Part shown: positions 1 through 10,682 of the stretch, piece after piece
Layout of the letters: each line of letters begins with the position of its first letter
How positions within the stretch are numbered: position 1 is the first letter of the stretch
Assembly (NCBI GenBank): GCA_009927445.1
Contig: RFMZ01000285.1
Location: forward strand, 4,907-68,906
Direction: 5' to 3'
Source: Betaproteobacteria bacterium
GTDB lineage: Bacteria; Pseudomonadota; Gammaproteobacteria; Burkholderiales; Burkholderiaceae
DNA length: 64,000 nt
Position numbers and translations under genes: made by a program
Notes under the pieces: model-generated
The model's database searches: none
Told to the model about the DNA's origin: nothing
What the model saw: the letters and a program-made list of their open reading frames with translations, nothing else

Positions 1-1002
1 GGAAAAGATTCCGTCAGTGGCTACGATACAACTGGCGATTACTATGGTTTGCCTTGGCCTTGTTACGGTAATGCCGAATTAAAACATCCTGGAACACCTA
101 ACCTCTATGACAATAGTAAGCATGTGATGGATGGTGGCGGAAATTTCCGGGCAAACTTTGGGGTTGAAAAAGACGGCGTATCTATTTTGGCAGAGAACGG
201 TTCGCATTCAAAAGGTGCGGATATTAAAACGGGATATCCAGAATTTGACCATATTCTTCTCAAAAAGCTTGGATGGTGGAATGATTTAACTGAAGCTGAG
301 CAAAAAGCGGCTGAGGGTAAAAACTGGAAGACAGATTTATCAGGTGGTATTCAACGCGTCGTTTTAAAGGTACATGGTTGTCATCCTTTTGGTAACGCCA
401 AAGCCAGAGCCGTAGTCTGGAACTTCCCTGACCCTGTGCCAAAGCATCGCGAGCCTTTATATGGAACTCGGCCTGAGTTGACTGCTAAGTATCCTACGCA
501 TGCGGATAAGAAAGCTTTTTGGAGATTACCAACCCTGTATAAGACTCTTCAGGACAAGAATATTGCTGATAAGATTTATGAAAAATTCCCAATCATTTTG
601 ACCTCGGGTCGTTTAGTTGAGTACGAGGGTGGCGGTGAGGAAACGCGTTCTAATCCGTGGTTGGCCGAATTACAGCAAGAAAACTTTGTAGAAATTAATC
701 CAAAAGCAGCAGCTAGTCGGGGCATTAAGCAAAATGATTACGTTTGGGTCAAGAGCCCGACTGGCGCCAAAATTAAAGTGCGTGCTTTAGTGACAAATCG
801 GGTGGACGAGGAACATGCGTTTATACCGTTTCACTTCTCTGGTTGGTGGCAGGGTAAAGATATTTTGGATGCTTATCCAGACGGCGCCCACCCCATTGTT
901 CGTGGTGAAGCAGTAAATACAGCTACGACCTATGGTTATGACAGTGTGACGATGATGCAAGAGAGCAAGACGACTGTTTGCCAAATTGAAAAGTTTGCCT
1001 AA
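1..1002 (+). CDS. fdhA: Formate dehydrogenase major (alpha) subunit, C-terminal part; gene begins before the window
   Basis: Frame is open from base 1 (GKDSVSGYDTTGDYYGLPWPCYG...). Carries the molybdopterin-dinucleotide binding domain (LTSGRLVEYEGGG...NFVEINP...IPFHF) and is followed by the Fe-S and cytochrome b subunits. Confidence 0.93.
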   Translation, partial: GKDSVSGYDTTGDYYGLPWPCYGNAELKHPGTPNLYDNSKHVMDGGGNFRANFGVEKDGVSILAENGSHSKGADIKTGYPEFDHILLKKLGWWNDLTEAEQKAAEGKNWKTDLSGGIQRVVLKVHGCHPFGNAKARAVVWNFPDPVPKHREPLYGTRPELTAKYPTHADKKAFWRLPTLYKTLQDKNIADKIYEKFPIILTSGRLVEYEGGGEETRSNPWLAELQQENFVEINPKAAASRGIKQNDYVWVKSPTGAKIKVRALVTNRVDEEHAFIPFHFSGWWQGKDILDAYPDGAHPIVRGEAVNTATTYGYDSVTMMQESKTTVCQIEKFA

Positions 1003-1029
1003 ACCCGATCATAATTAAAGGAAAAAATC

Positions 1030-1674
1030 ATGGCAAGAATGAAATTTATCTGTGATGCCGAGCGTTGTATTGAATGCAATGGCTGCGTAACTGCTTGTAA
1101 GAACGAACACGAAGTTCCTTGGGGAGTAAACCGTCGGCGTGTAGTCACTATTAATGATGGTGAGATAGGTGCTGAGAAGTCTATTTCGGTGGCTTGCATG
1201 CATTGTTCGGATGCCCCTTGTATGGCAGTTTGTCCGGTAGATTGTTTCTACAGGACTGATGAAGGGGTGGTTCTGCATAGCAAGGACACTTGCATAGGGT
1301 GTGGGTATTGCTCTTACGCTTGCCCATTTGGAGCGCCACAATTTCCAAGTCAAGGAACTTTTGGTTTGCGCGGCAAAATGGATAAATGTACATTTTGCGC
1401 TGGTGGCCCTGAAGAAAATGGCTCCAAAGCAGAGTTTGAAAAATACGGCCGCAATCGTTTGTCCGAGGGTAAATTACCTGCATGTGCTGAGATGTGCTCC
1501 ACTAAAGCCTTGTTGGCTGGTGATGGTGATGTGATTTCAGATATATTCCGTAATCGTGTGACGAATCGTCAGACGCATGGCAAAGCTGCGGGTGGCGATG
1601 TGTTTGGCTGGGGTACAGCTTATGGTAAGCCTAAAAAGGATGATAAAGCTGCGCCAACTGGAGCAAAATCATGA
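1030..1674 (+). CDS. fdhB: Formate dehydrogenase iron-sulfur (beta) subunit
   Basis: Four 4Fe-4S motifs (CIECNGCVTAC, CMHCSDAPCMAVCP, CIGCGYCSYACP, CTFC...CAEMC); operon position. Confidence 0.93.
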   Translation: MARMKFICDAERCIECNGCVTACKNEHEVPWGVNRRRVVTINDGEIGAEKSISVACMHCSDAPCMAVCPVDCFYRTDEGVVLHSKDTCIGCGYCSYACPFGAPQFPSQGTFGLRGKMDKCTFCAGGPEENGSKAEFEKYGRNRLSEGKLPACAEMCSTKALLAGDGDVISDIFRNRVTNRQTHGKAAGGDVFGWGTAYGKPKKDDKAAPTGAKS

Positions 1675-1907
1675 GATTAACTAAAGCGATTGCTAGTGCT
1701 GTCATCAGTTTAAGTTGTGTTTTCGGATTAGTTGCTTGCTCTGAGAATTCGCAGGCTCTAAAGGCCAGTAAGTCTGATGTTGCAGCTTATCAGGGTGCCA
1801 AGAATGGTTTTGTTGATAAGAACTGGACCCCAGGTGATAAAACGAGTTGGGAAAAGCAGTTACGAGTTAGGGCGCAGATTCAAGATGAATACACGCGGTC
1901 TAAGTAG
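1671..1907 (+). CDS. Small predicted lipoprotein inside the FDH operon, function unknown
   Basis: ATGA overlap with the fdhB stop; signal peptide ending in the lipobox LVAC; 78 aa. Confidence 0.8.
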   Translation: MRLTKAIASAVISLSCVFGLVACSENSQALKASKSDVAAYQGAKNGFVDKNWTPGDKTSWEKQLRVRAQIQDEYTRSK

Positions 1908-1928
1908 TCTCTGGAGCACCATAAGGAT

Positions 1929-3044
1929 ATGACGATGAATATAATCAAAAAAGTCTTGCAGACCTTGGGTTTTTTATGGATTTTTGCTGTGGTCATTACC
2001 CAAGCCCATGCTCAGGCCAGTTCACCTGCGGCTCCCCCGGCAGTAGAGTCTGCAAATATTATGGATATCCCCAAAGGTTCGGACGCTGCTGCGCAGCGCG
2101 AGCGTGAACAAACGCAGCCGGCGAATAATTCGCCGTTTTGGCGTGCACTCAATAGTGATCAAGCCCATTACGTGAGTATCCCCGATAAGGAAGCTGGAGT
2201 TCTCATTCAAAAGGGTGGACAAGAATGGCGCCTCATTCGTAATGGTGTGATTACGGTTTTTGGTGGGTGGTTATTAGTGTTGATTGCCACAGCAATTTTG
2301 GCTTTTTATTATCTTAAAGGTGAAATTAAGTTAGAACATCCTCGCACGGGTAAGCGTATCGAGCGCTTCACTTCGGTTGAGCGTCTGACACACTGGACGA
2401 TGGCATTTAGTTTTGTGGCCTTGGCTATTTCTGGTGGGTTAATCATGTTCGGTAAGTTTTTATTACTACCGATTATTGGCTCATTCTTATTTGGCTCACT
2501 CATGTTTGTCATGAAAAATCTGCACAACTTTGTAGGCCCTTTATTTACGGTGAGTGTGGTCGTATTTTTTGTGTTGGTTGTGAAGGATAATTTTCCTGGT
2601 AAAGGTGACTGGGCTTGGATTCGTTCCTTAGGGGGTGCTCTTGGACACGCCCCTGCTGGCAGGTTTAATTTTGGTGAAAAACTGTGGTTCTGGTTAGGTA
2701 TGACGATTCTGGGCTTGATTGTTTCTGCTTCAGGATGGGTTCTGGACATGATTGTGCCGGGCGTGTCTTACTGGCGCGATACGATGCAATTAGCTAATAT
2801 TATTCACGGTGTTTCTGCAGTTCTCATCATGGCAGTTGCTCTGGGGCATATTTATATTGGTACGATTGGAACTGAAGGCGCTATTGATGGTATGAAGACC
2901 GGTTACGTTGACGAATCATGGGCACGACAGCACCATTCAGACTGGTTAGCTGATATTGAAACTGGAAAGATCCCAGCATCACGTGAGCCAGAGAACTCGA
3001 CGAGCAGTACTATTGCAAAAAAAATTCTAAGGAGTACAACATGA
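1929..3044 (+). CDS. fdhC: Formate dehydrogenase gamma (cytochrome b) subunit with N-terminal periplasmic extension
   Basis: RFTSVERLTHW, KNLHNFVGP, GRFNFGEKLWFW, HIYIGTIG and GYVDESWARQHH motifs; 4-5 TM helices; signal-like N-terminus. Confidence 0.9.
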   Translation: MTMNIIKKVLQTLGFLWIFAVVITQAHAQASSPAAPPAVESANIMDIPKGSDAAAQREREQTQPANNSPFWRALNSDQAHYVSIPDKEAGVLIQKGGQEWRLIRNGVITVFGGWLLVLIATAILAFYYLKGEIKLEHPRTGKRIERFTSVERLTHWTMAFSFVALAISGGLIMFGKFLLLPIIGSFLFGSLMFVMKNLHNFVGPLFTVSVVVFFVLVVKDNFPGKGDWAWIRSLGGALGHAPAGRFNFGEKLWFWLGMTILGLIVSASGWVLDMIVPGVSYWRDTMQLANIIHGVSAVLIMAVALGHIYIGTIGTEGAIDGMKTGYVDESWARQHHSDWLADIETGKIPASREPENSTSSTIAKKILRSTT

Positions 3045-3457
3045 AAAGAATCACTCAGGTAACGATAGTCTTTTGTCTAAGCTTCATCATTTGCTTTGCC
3101 AATGCCAAGTTGCCAGCCCCGACTCCTGAGGCGAAGGAGGCTGCCGCTTTAGCGGCTGCAAAGACTGCGCATGGCAATAAAGTTGCTGATTATCAGCTTT
3201 GCATGGCGCAGGATAAAGTTGCCCGGACTTATGCGACTCGGCCAAAGGCTGGCGAAAAACCGGTTGAAGTTCCGGCTTGTAAAGATCCTGGTAAGTTTGA
3301 GCCACCTGTGGTCGTTGCGGTTGCCCCGTCTACTGCTCCGGCTCCGGCTGCGACTGCAGCACCTGTAGCTCCACAAGCAACACCACAAGCAGCACCACAA
3401 GCAGCAACGCCAACTCCTCCTGCTGCGACTAGTGCAGCAGCGCCGGCTAAAAAATAA
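3041..3457 (+). CDS. Secreted Ala/Pro-rich protein, last gene of the FDH operon, function unknown
   Basis: ATGA overlap with the fdhC stop; signal peptide (ANA-K cleavage); two Cys (YQLCMAQ, PACKDPG); low-complexity tail; terminator follows. Confidence 0.8.
   Translation: MKRITQVTIVFCLSFIICFANAKLPAPTPEAKEAAALAAAKTAHGNKVADYQLCMAQDKVARTYATRPKAGEKPVEVPACKDPGKFEPPVVVAVAPSTAPAPAATAAPVAPQATPQAAPQAATPTPPAATSAAAPAKK
3371..3406 (+). repeat. Three tandem 12-bp units ccacaagca(a/g)ca encoding PQAT-PQAA-PQAA
   Basis: Read directly at 3371-3382, 3383-3394 and 3395-3406. Confidence 0.85.
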
Positions 3458-3481
3458 CTACCTATTTTTTAGCTCTGATTG

Positions 3482-3510
3482 ACGCGCCCTAGCTGGGCGC
3501 GTTATTCTTT
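3482..3510 (+). terminator. Intrinsic terminator between the FDH structural operon and fdhD
   Basis: Stem acgcgccc (3482-3489) / gggcgcgt (3495-3502), 5-nt loop, followed by tattcttt. Confidence 0.75.
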
Positions 3511-3513
3511 CAA

Positions 3514-4371
3514 ATGACCTCTATTTATTATCCACAACTGACCAATAACGCTTTACCGGTCACGCACGCCATTGAGGTCATCGATGAGCAGGGTAGGACC
3601 CAATCAATTGAAATACCCGGAGAGCGACCGCTTACTATTTATTTAGATAAAAAAGAATTGGTCACATTAATGACGCTCGGGGGTGCACCTGAGGCCTTGG
3701 TTTTAGGCTATTTGCGACATCAAGGATTAGTGCAAAATATCGAGGATATTGAAAGTGTTCAGGTTGACTGGGAAACCGAGTCGGTGGCCGTTAAAACTTG
3801 CCGACAGGTCCCGAATATTGATCAAATTACGCGTAAAAAAACAGTCACTACTGGCTGTGGTCAGGGGACAGTTTTTGGTGAATTTATGTCCTCCGTTGCT
3901 GATATTTCTTTAAATCCAGAGGCACGACTATCTCAAACAGCTATTTATGCGGTGGTTGAGAAAATCCGTCATCATCCTTCAATTTATAAACGAGCCGGTT
4001 CAGTGCACGCTTGTGCCGTTTTTAAAAATAGCCCTACTGGGATTGAATTACTTTATTTTATAGAAGACGTTGGTCGGCACAATGCGGTGGATGCCATTTC
4101 TGGTTTGATGTGGCTGGATCGGCAAAGCGGCGAGTCGCTGGTCTTTTATACGACAGGAAGACTGACTTCTGAAATGGTCATTAAGGGCGGGCAAATGGGG
4201 ATTCCCTTTTTAATGACGCGCTCTGGTGCGACTGAAATGGGTTTATCTTTAGCTCAGCAAATTAATTTATGCATCTTAGCTCGGTGCTCTGGGAGGCATT
4301 TTTTGGTTTATCAAGGTGCGCAGAGAATCATTTTTGATTGTTTAGCGACAAGTTCTTCAGACGTTCTTTAA
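3514..4371 (+). CDS. fdhD: Formate dehydrogenase accessory sulfurtransferase FdhD
   Basis: ERPLTIYLD, TTGCGQG, GSVHAC, EDVGRHNAVD and TTGRLTSEMV motifs; next to the fdh genes. Confidence 0.93.
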   Translation: MTSIYYPQLTNNALPVTHAIEVIDEQGRTQSIEIPGERPLTIYLDKKELVTLMTLGGAPEALVLGYLRHQGLVQNIEDIESVQVDWETESVAVKTCRQVPNIDQITRKKTVTTGCGQGTVFGEFMSSVADISLNPEARLSQTAIYAVVEKIRHHPSIYKRAGSVHACAVFKNSPTGIELLYFIEDVGRHNAVDAISGLMWLDRQSGESLVFYTTGRLTSEMVIKGGQMGIPFLMTRSGATEMGLSLAQQINLCILARCSGRHFLVYQGAQRIIFDCLATSSSDVL

Positions 4372-4404
4372 TAAGAGGTCTCGCAGACTGTTTACAATAC
4401 GTGT

Positions 4405-4974
4405 ATGACAATTAAATCTGACCGTTGGATCCGACGTATGGCGCAAGATACTGGCATGATTGAGCCATTTGAGCCTGGACAAATTCGCCAAGATGGTATG
4501 GGCCAAAAAATTGTAAGCTATGGTACTTCGAGTTATGGCTACGATATTCGTTGCGCCCCGGAGTTTAAAATTTTTACGAATATTAATAGTACGATTGTTG
4601 ATCCAAAGAACTTTGATGAAAAATCCTTTGTTGATTTTCATGGAGATGTTTGTATTATTCCGCCGAATTCTTTTGCATTAGCAAGAACCATTGAATATTT
4701 TCGAATACCTCGTAATGTTTTGACGATCTGTGTCGGAAAAAGTACTTATGCGCGTTGTGGGATTATTGTAAATGTGACGCCATTTGAGCCGGAGTGGGAA
4801 GGTTATGTGACGCTTGAGTTCTCTAATACGACACCGCTTCCAGCGAAGATCTATGCCGGGGAGGGGTGCGCTCAAGTGTTATTTTTTGAGAGCGATGAGG
4901 TTTGTCAGACGTCCTATAAGGATCGTGGGGGAAAATACCAGGGGCAAGTTGGGGTAACTTTACCAAAAGCTTAA
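4405..4974 (+). CDS. dcd: dCTP deaminase
   Basis: [48 protein letters not shown]. Confidence 0.96.
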   Translation: MTIKSDRWIRRMAQDTGMIEPFEPGQIRQDGMGQKIVSYGTSSYGYDIRCAPEFKIFTNINSTIVDPKNFDEKSFVDFHGDVCIIPPNSFALARTIEYFRIPRNVLTICVGKSTYARCGIIVNVTPFEPEWEGYVTLEFSNTTPLPAKIYAGEGCAQVLFFESDEVCQTSYKDRGGKYQGQVGVTLPKA

Positions 4975-5125
4975 AATTCTCTTGGTTTGTCATTTTCGGT
5001 GGTTAGAATAAATTCGTTGGCATTATTAGGTTGGCAGCGAAATTTAAATAATAGGCAATTAATAGAAACCTGAAGTTAACTCCCATTCATTTTGACAATG
5101 TCGATCAATTAACCAAAGGGTAGTC

Positions 5126-7389
5126 ATGAAATTAAAATTTCCAATTGTTGTGATTGATGAAGATTTTCGTTCGGAAAATATTTCCGGTTCTGGAATTCGT
5201 GACTTGGCTGAAGCAATTGAGTCTGAGGGTATGGAAGTTCTTGGGTTAACAAGCTATGGCGATTTGACTTCATTTGCCCAACAAGCCGCCCGTGCATCGT
5301 GTTTTATTTTGTCGATTGATGATGAGGAGTTTTTAGAATCTGATCACGGTGGGATTGAGGTCGTTATTGAAAGTCTTCGTAACTTTGTGCGCGCTGTGCG
5401 TAAGCGCAATGAAGACATACCGATATTTTTATACGGCGAAACCAAGACATCGCGCAACATTCCAAATGATATTTTGCGTGAGTTGCATGGCTTTATTCAC
5501 ATGAATGAAGACACTCCAGAATTTGTTGCTAGACATATTATTCGGGAGGCGAAAGTTTATTTAGACTCCTTAGCGCCGCCATTTTTTAAGTCATTAATCC
5601 ATTACGCGTCGGAAGGCTCGTATTCTTGGCATTGCCCTGGGCACTCTGGCGGAGTTGCCTTCTTAAAAAGTCCAGTTGGCCAAATATTCCATCAATTTTT
5701 TGGTGAGAACATGTTGCGTGCTGACGTTTGTAACGCGGTTGAGGAACTTGGGCAACTCCTGGATCATACAGGACCGGTGGCGGCTAGTGAACGCAATGCT
5801 GCGCGTATTTTTGGTGTAGACCATTTGTATTTTGTGACAAATGGCACCTCCACATCGAACAAAATTGTTTGGCACTCGACTGTTGCTGCAGGCGATATTG
5901 TGATTGTTGATCGGAATAGCCATAAGTCTGTTTTACATGCAATCATGATGATGGGCGCAATACCTGTGTTTTTGATGCCAACGCGAAATAATTTTGGCAT
6001 CATTGGCCCAATTCCTAAGGAGGAGTTTGAGTGGAGCAATATTCAAAAGAAGATTGACAACAATCCATTTATCAAAGATAAAAAAGCGTTGCCAAGAGTA
6101 CTTACTATTACCCAAAGCACCTATGACGGGATTGTATATAACGTTGAGATGATTAAATCGATGTTAGATGGTCGGGTAGATTCATTGCATTTTGATGAGG
6201 CTTGGTTACCACATGCGACTTTTCATGATTTTACAAAAATATGCACGCGGTCGGTAAAGACCGCGCTAGACCGAAAAAGAGTTTAGTCTTTTCTACGCAG
6301 TCTACGCATAAATTATTAGCTGGACTCTCGCAAGCATCGCAGATCTTAGTTCAGGACTCCGAGGATAGAAAATTAGATCCAACCTGTTTTAACGAGTCGT
6401 ATTTAATGCATACCTCGACGAGTCCGCAATATGCCATTATTGCCTCTTGCGACGTGGCGGCGGCGATGATGGAGCCACCAGGTGGCACTGCCCTAGTTGA
6501 GGAATCGATTGCGGAGGCGCTGGATTTTAGAAGGGCAATGCTCAAGGTTGACGAGGAGTATGGGGACGAATGGTGGTTTAAAGTTTGGGGTCCTGATTCG
6601 TTTGCAGATGAGGGCTTGGAGCAGTCTGATTGGATGCTTAGGTCTGAGGATAGTTGGCATAATTTTGGAAAACTAGCCGATGGTTTTAATATGTTGGATC
6701 CAATTAAGGCTACGATCGTCACACCTGGGATTGATATTGCTGGAAATTTTGGTGAAGAGGGTATTCCTGCGAGTATTGTCACCAAGTATTTAGCCGAGCA
6801 TGGGGTGATTGTCGAGAAGACTGGGCTTTATTCTTTTTTCATTATGTTTACGATTGGCATTACCAAAGGTCGCTGGAATACGCTCGTTGCAGAGTTGCAG
6901 CAGTTCAAGGATCATTATGACAAGAATATGCCTTTGTGGAGAGTTTTACCTGAGTTCGCGGCGAAGTATCCGCAGTATGAGCGGATTGGTTTAAAAGATA
7001 TCGCCAATAAAATTCATGCGTTTTATCGTGAGCACGATGTGGCTCGTATGACTACAGAGATGTATTTATCTGACATGATTCCTGCTATGCCACCCTCAGA
7101 AGCTTTTGCCAAAATGGCACACAGAGATATTGAGCGCGTTTCGATTGATGATTTAGAGGGCCGGATTACAGCGATGTTAGTTACGCCTTATCCACCAGGT
7201 ATTCCTTTACTGATTCCAGGCGAGCGATTTAATCAACGAATTGTGGACTATCTCCAATTTGCGCGTGACTTTAATGAAAAGTTTGCTGGTTTTGAAACAG
7301 ATATTCACGGCCTAGTTAAAGCAGAGCAACACGGTCGTAAAACTTACTTCGTCGATTGCGTGCGGGGTGCAGACGAGGGTGGAGTTTGA
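5126..7389 (+). pseudogene. Arginine/lysine/ornithine decarboxylase (wing-domain, PLP fold I), split by an apparent 1-nt deletion near 6230; may be a sequencing error rather than a true pseudogene
   Basis: ORF 5126-6286 (response-regulator-like wing domain, WHCPGHSGG, FVTNGTSTSN, HFDEAW) and ORF 6241-7389 (PLP Lys motif STQSTHKLL, PYPPGIPLL) join as HDFYKNMHAVG if one T is added to TTTT at 6229-6232. Confidence 0.88.
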
Positions 7390-7395
7390 GGCTGG

Positions 7396-8817
7396 CTAGT
7401 CCTTTAAAAGACTTCTTGCTTGTGTAATCGCGGCTAAAACCCGTTCAGGTGCCGTCCCACCAACGTGATTTCTCGAGTTGACGGAGCCTTGCAATGTGAG
7501 CACTGCGGTAATATCACTCCCAATCATGTCGGGATTACTGAGTGCGCAGGCGAGGCGCAATTCAACTAAGTTTAATTCTGCTAAGTCGACTCCTTTGGAA
7601 GCGCAGACTTTTACAGCATTGGCAACAGCCTCATGCGCATCTCTAAAAGGCATGCCTTTTTTGACTAAATAATCAGCTAGATCCGTTGCCGTAGCAAAAC
7701 CTTGTTTGACTGCTGCCAAAAGGTTGGCTTCTTTAAACTCGAGATGGACAACTAGGTCGGCAAAGATACGAAGTGTATCAATGACAGTGCTCGCCGAATC
7801 AAATAATGGTTCTTTATCCTCTTGGTTGTCTTTGTTGTAGGCGAGTACTTGGCCTTTCATGAGAGTAAGTAAGCTGATCAAATTACCATTTACTCGCCCA
7901 GTTTTACCTCTTGCCAGTTCAGGCACGTCGGGGTTTTTCTTTTGCGGCATGATTGAACTACCGGTACAAAATCGATCTGGCAAATTGACAAAACCAAATT
8001 GTGGGCTCATCCATAAGATCAATTCCTCAGAAAATCGAGATATATGGGTCATCACAATGGCGCTGGCGGCACAAAATTCGATTGCAAAATCTCTGTCTGA
8101 GACTGCATCGAGAGAGTTTTGACAAACCCCGTCAAAACCCAATAGTTGCGCAACACGTTCCCGATTAATTGGATAACTGGTGCCCGCTAGGGCAGCAGAA
8201 CCAAGTGGTAACTGGTTTAGTCGCACTCGACAATCTTGGAAGCGGGTTGCATCCCGGTGCAGCATTTCAACATAGGCCATCAAGTGATGTCCAACCGTAA
8301 TCGGTTGCGCCACTTGTAAATGGGTAAAGCCAGGCATGATGGTATGGGCATGTTTTTCTGCTAGGTCGCAAAAACTTCGTCTGAGGGTGGTCAGTTGACT
8401 GAGGATTTCGTCAATGGCATTTCTTAGCCACAAACGAATGTCTGTCGCCACTTGATCATTGCGGGACCGAGCGGTATGCAATCTCTTACCTGCATCGCCA
8501 ATCAGACTTGTCAAGCGCGCTTCAATATTTAAATGCACGTCTTCTAAATTTAATTGCCAAGTAAAATGGCCCTGTTGTATTTCTTGTAATATTTGTTGTA
8601 GGCCAGAGTTAATTTGTGCAAAGTCTATCTGGCTAATAATGCCCTGTTCGGATAGCATTTGAGCATGAACTAATGAACTTTGGATATCCACCTCTGCTAG
8701 GCGATAATCAAAGTTAATCGAGGCTGTATACCGTTGGACGAGTTCAGAAACCGGTTCGGAGAAGCGCGCTGACCAGGCCTGTGTTTTATTATCGAGTGAA
8801 TGTTTGGAAGATGACAT
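7396..8817 (-). CDS. argH: Argininosuccinate lyase
   Basis: [32 protein letters not shown] and [10 protein letters not shown] motifs. Start set at MSSSKH (8817), the last Met before the conserved N-terminal motif. Confidence 0.95.
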   Translation of the reverse strand: MSSSKHSLDNKTQAWSARFSEPVSELVQRYTASINFDYRLAEVDIQSSLVHAQMLSEQGIISQIDFAQINSGLQQILQEIQQGHFTWQLNLEDVHLNIEARLTSLIGDAGKRLHTARSRNDQVATDIRLWLRNAIDEILSQLTTLRRSFCDLAEKHAHTIMPGFTHLQVAQPITVGHHLMAYVEMLHRDATRFQDCRVRLNQLPLGSAALAGTSYPINRERVAQLLGFDGVCQNSLDAVSDRDFAIEFCAASAIVMTHISRFSEELILWMSPQFGFVNLPDRFCTGSSIMPQKKNPDVPELARGKTGRVNGNLISLLTLMKGQVLAYNKDNQEDKEPLFDSASTVIDTLRIFADLVVHLEFKEANLLAAVKQGFATATDLADYLVKKGMPFRDAHEAVANAVKVCASKGVDLAELNLVELRLACALSNPDMIGSDITAVLTLQGSVNSRNHVGGTAPERVLAAITQARSLLKD

Positions 8818-9775
8818 GATTACTAGTATATTGCCCCCGGAGCGGTTAGTCATCGCTTCTCGTGAAAGTCGCTTAGCCATGTGGCAGGCAAAACACGTGC
8901 AAGCCCTATTGCAAACGCTTTATCCGCAATGTGAGATTCGTATTTTGGGGATGACCACACGGGGCGATCAAATATTAGACAGAAGTTTGTCTAAAATAGG
9001 TGGAAAAGGTTTATTTATCAAAGAGTTAGAAACAGCCTTGCAAGATGGGCATGCAGATTTAGCCGTACATTCTTTAAAAGACGTGCCCATGGATATGCCG
9101 GAGGGCTTTAGTTTGGCGGCTATTTTAGAGCGTGCCGACCCTCGGGATGCATTTGTATCCAACCACTACGATTCTCTTGCCCAGATGCCCTCTGGGGCTG
9201 TCGTAGGGACTTCGAGCTTAAGGCGTGAGTCGCAGATACGAAAAGCCTACCCACATTTAATTATTTCGCCATTACGTGGTAATTTAGACACACGTTTAGC
9301 CAAGTTAGACCGCGGCGAGTTTGATGCGATGATTTTGGCGGCTGCTGGTTTAACCAGGTTAGGCCTCACGGCTCGGATGAAATCCCTGATTACTCCGGAA
9401 GAATCTTTGCCGGCCGCTGGGCAGGGGGCATTAGGAATCGAAATCCGATCCGATCAAGTGCAAATAGCTGCGTGGTTGCGCCCCTTAGTTGATGACCTAG
9501 CGACCTGGCAAGTCAGCGCTGAGCGGCAAGTTTCCAGAAGACTGGGGGGGTCTTGTGAGATTCCGATTGCCGCCTATGGGCGCTGGCACAATGACCAAGA
9601 ATTGTATTTAAAAGCGTTGGTTGCAAGCATTGATGGTAGAGAAATGATTGAGTCTAGCTTGACAAAGACGGTTACTAGTTCGGCTCAGGCAATTTTTTTA
9701 GGAGATCTCATTGCCGATGATTTGATTGCCAAGGGTGCTAAGGAGCTCATTCAGTCTCTTGGACAGCCTGAGTGA
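8816..9775 (+). CDS. hemC: Hydroxymethylbilane synthase (porphobilinogen deaminase)
   Basis: [47 protein letters not shown] and GGSCEIP motifs. ATG 8816 follows GGAAG; an in-frame TTG at 8831 is an alternative start. Confidence 0.95.
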   Translation: MITSILPPERLVIASRESRLAMWQAKHVQALLQTLYPQCEIRILGMTTRGDQILDRSLSKIGGKGLFIKELETALQDGHADLAVHSLKDVPMDMPEGFSLAAILERADPRDAFVSNHYDSLAQMPSGAVVGTSSLRRESQIRKAYPHLIISPLRGNLDTRLAKLDRGEFDAMILAAAGLTRLGLTARMKSLITPEESLPAAGQGALGIEIRSDQVQIAAWLRPLVDDLATWQVSAERQVSRRLGGSCEIPIAAYGRWHNDQELYLKALVASIDGREMIESSLTKTVTSSAQAIFLGDLIADDLIAKGAKELIQSLGQPE

Positions 9776-10611
9776 GAGAATATTCCGCGATCATTGTCAC
9801 ACGCCCACGAGCGCAATTAGAAGCGCTCAAGCAGGCCATAGGGCAAGAGTTGAGTCGGCTGAAATCAGGTCTGACTTTACCCGTTTTAGGCCTGCCTTTA
9901 CTCGAGATTGTGCCTTATCGTTCGGCAGAATTAGCGCAAGCAATAGAACGATCGCTCAGGCACGCAGATTTATTGACTTTTGCTAGTCCAAACGCTTTTT
10001 TGACATGTGATCAACTATTAGCTCAGTTTGGTTATGCTTGGCCAATTGGGCTCAATGTGGCGGTGATTGGTGGCGGCAGTGAGCAAACGATCGATGGTTC
10101 ACGCTTGGTACCCAAAACCTTGATCAAGCCTACCAATCCTGATAAATGGGATTCTGAGGGTCTGTGGGAGACCCTAAAGCCTTTTAATGAGAGTTGGCAA
10201 GGACAACAGGTGGTGATGATACATGGCGATGGTGGCCGGGCTTTATTAGCACAACGGCTATCTGAGGCGGGGGCGCTAGTCGATGAATTTTCAGTCTATC
10301 AAAGGCAGGGTTTACCAGAAAGTGATCCATTATGGGGTGCCATGCAACTTTTATATGAGGAGCAATTTTGTCAGTTAGAGCAGGCGCCTATTTGGATTTT
10401 AAGCTCCTCACAAGCTTGCCAATTTTTAGGGCAGGGTATTGACCGTTTAGGGATATCAAAGACCTGGCTGCATGCCTCCCTAGCTTTAGTGACCCATTAC
10501 CGGATTGGCCAAGCGGCCCAGGCAATTGGTTTTTCTAGGGTTGAGGAGTTCACACCTGGGGATGAATCGATTGCAAAATATGTCGCAAAAGTAGTCCAGC
10601 GAGCGTTATGA
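9772..10611 (+). CDS. hemD: Uroporphyrinogen-III synthase
   Basis: [31 protein letters not shown] and LSSSQA motifs; GTGA overlap with the hemC stop. Confidence 0.85.
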   Translation: MREYSAIIVTRPRAQLEALKQAIGQELSRLKSGLTLPVLGLPLLEIVPYRSAELAQAIERSLRHADLLTFASPNAFLTCDQLLAQFGYAWPIGLNVAVIGGGSEQTIDGSRLVPKTLIKPTNPDKWDSEGLWETLKPFNESWQGQQVVMIHGDGGRALLAQRLSEAGALVDEFSVYQRQGLPESDPLWGAMQLLYEEQFCQLEQAPIWILSSSQACQFLGQGIDRLGISKTWLHASLALVTHYRIGQAAQAIGFSRVEEFTPGDESIAKYVAKVVQRAL

Positions 10612-10682
10612 TAGCCTGACTTGATGAATCACTACCTCTGCCAATAAAAACCGAATTAGAATCTGTCATAAAGTCCAAGTCT

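Noticed and set aside
1-1002. Selenocysteine in FdhA
   Set aside because: The Cys/Sec ligand lies in the N-terminal half, outside the window; no in-frame TGA in the visible part.
5095-5115. Tiny uORF MSIN upstream of the decarboxylase
   Set aside because: No SD, no informative codons and no associated structure.
8804-8880. Longer N-termini for argH (8880) and hemC (8804), and similar upstream extensions for fbp, ilvD, ilvC, psd, uup and tupC in the ORF track
   Set aside because: These are first-start artefacts; the conserved N-terminal motifs and SD positions favour the downstream starts given.
10617-10660. Selenocysteine recoding of the TGA in the hemX-like frame
   Set aside because: No SECIS-like hairpin follows the TGA, and the position (codon 4, non-catalytic) is implausible.
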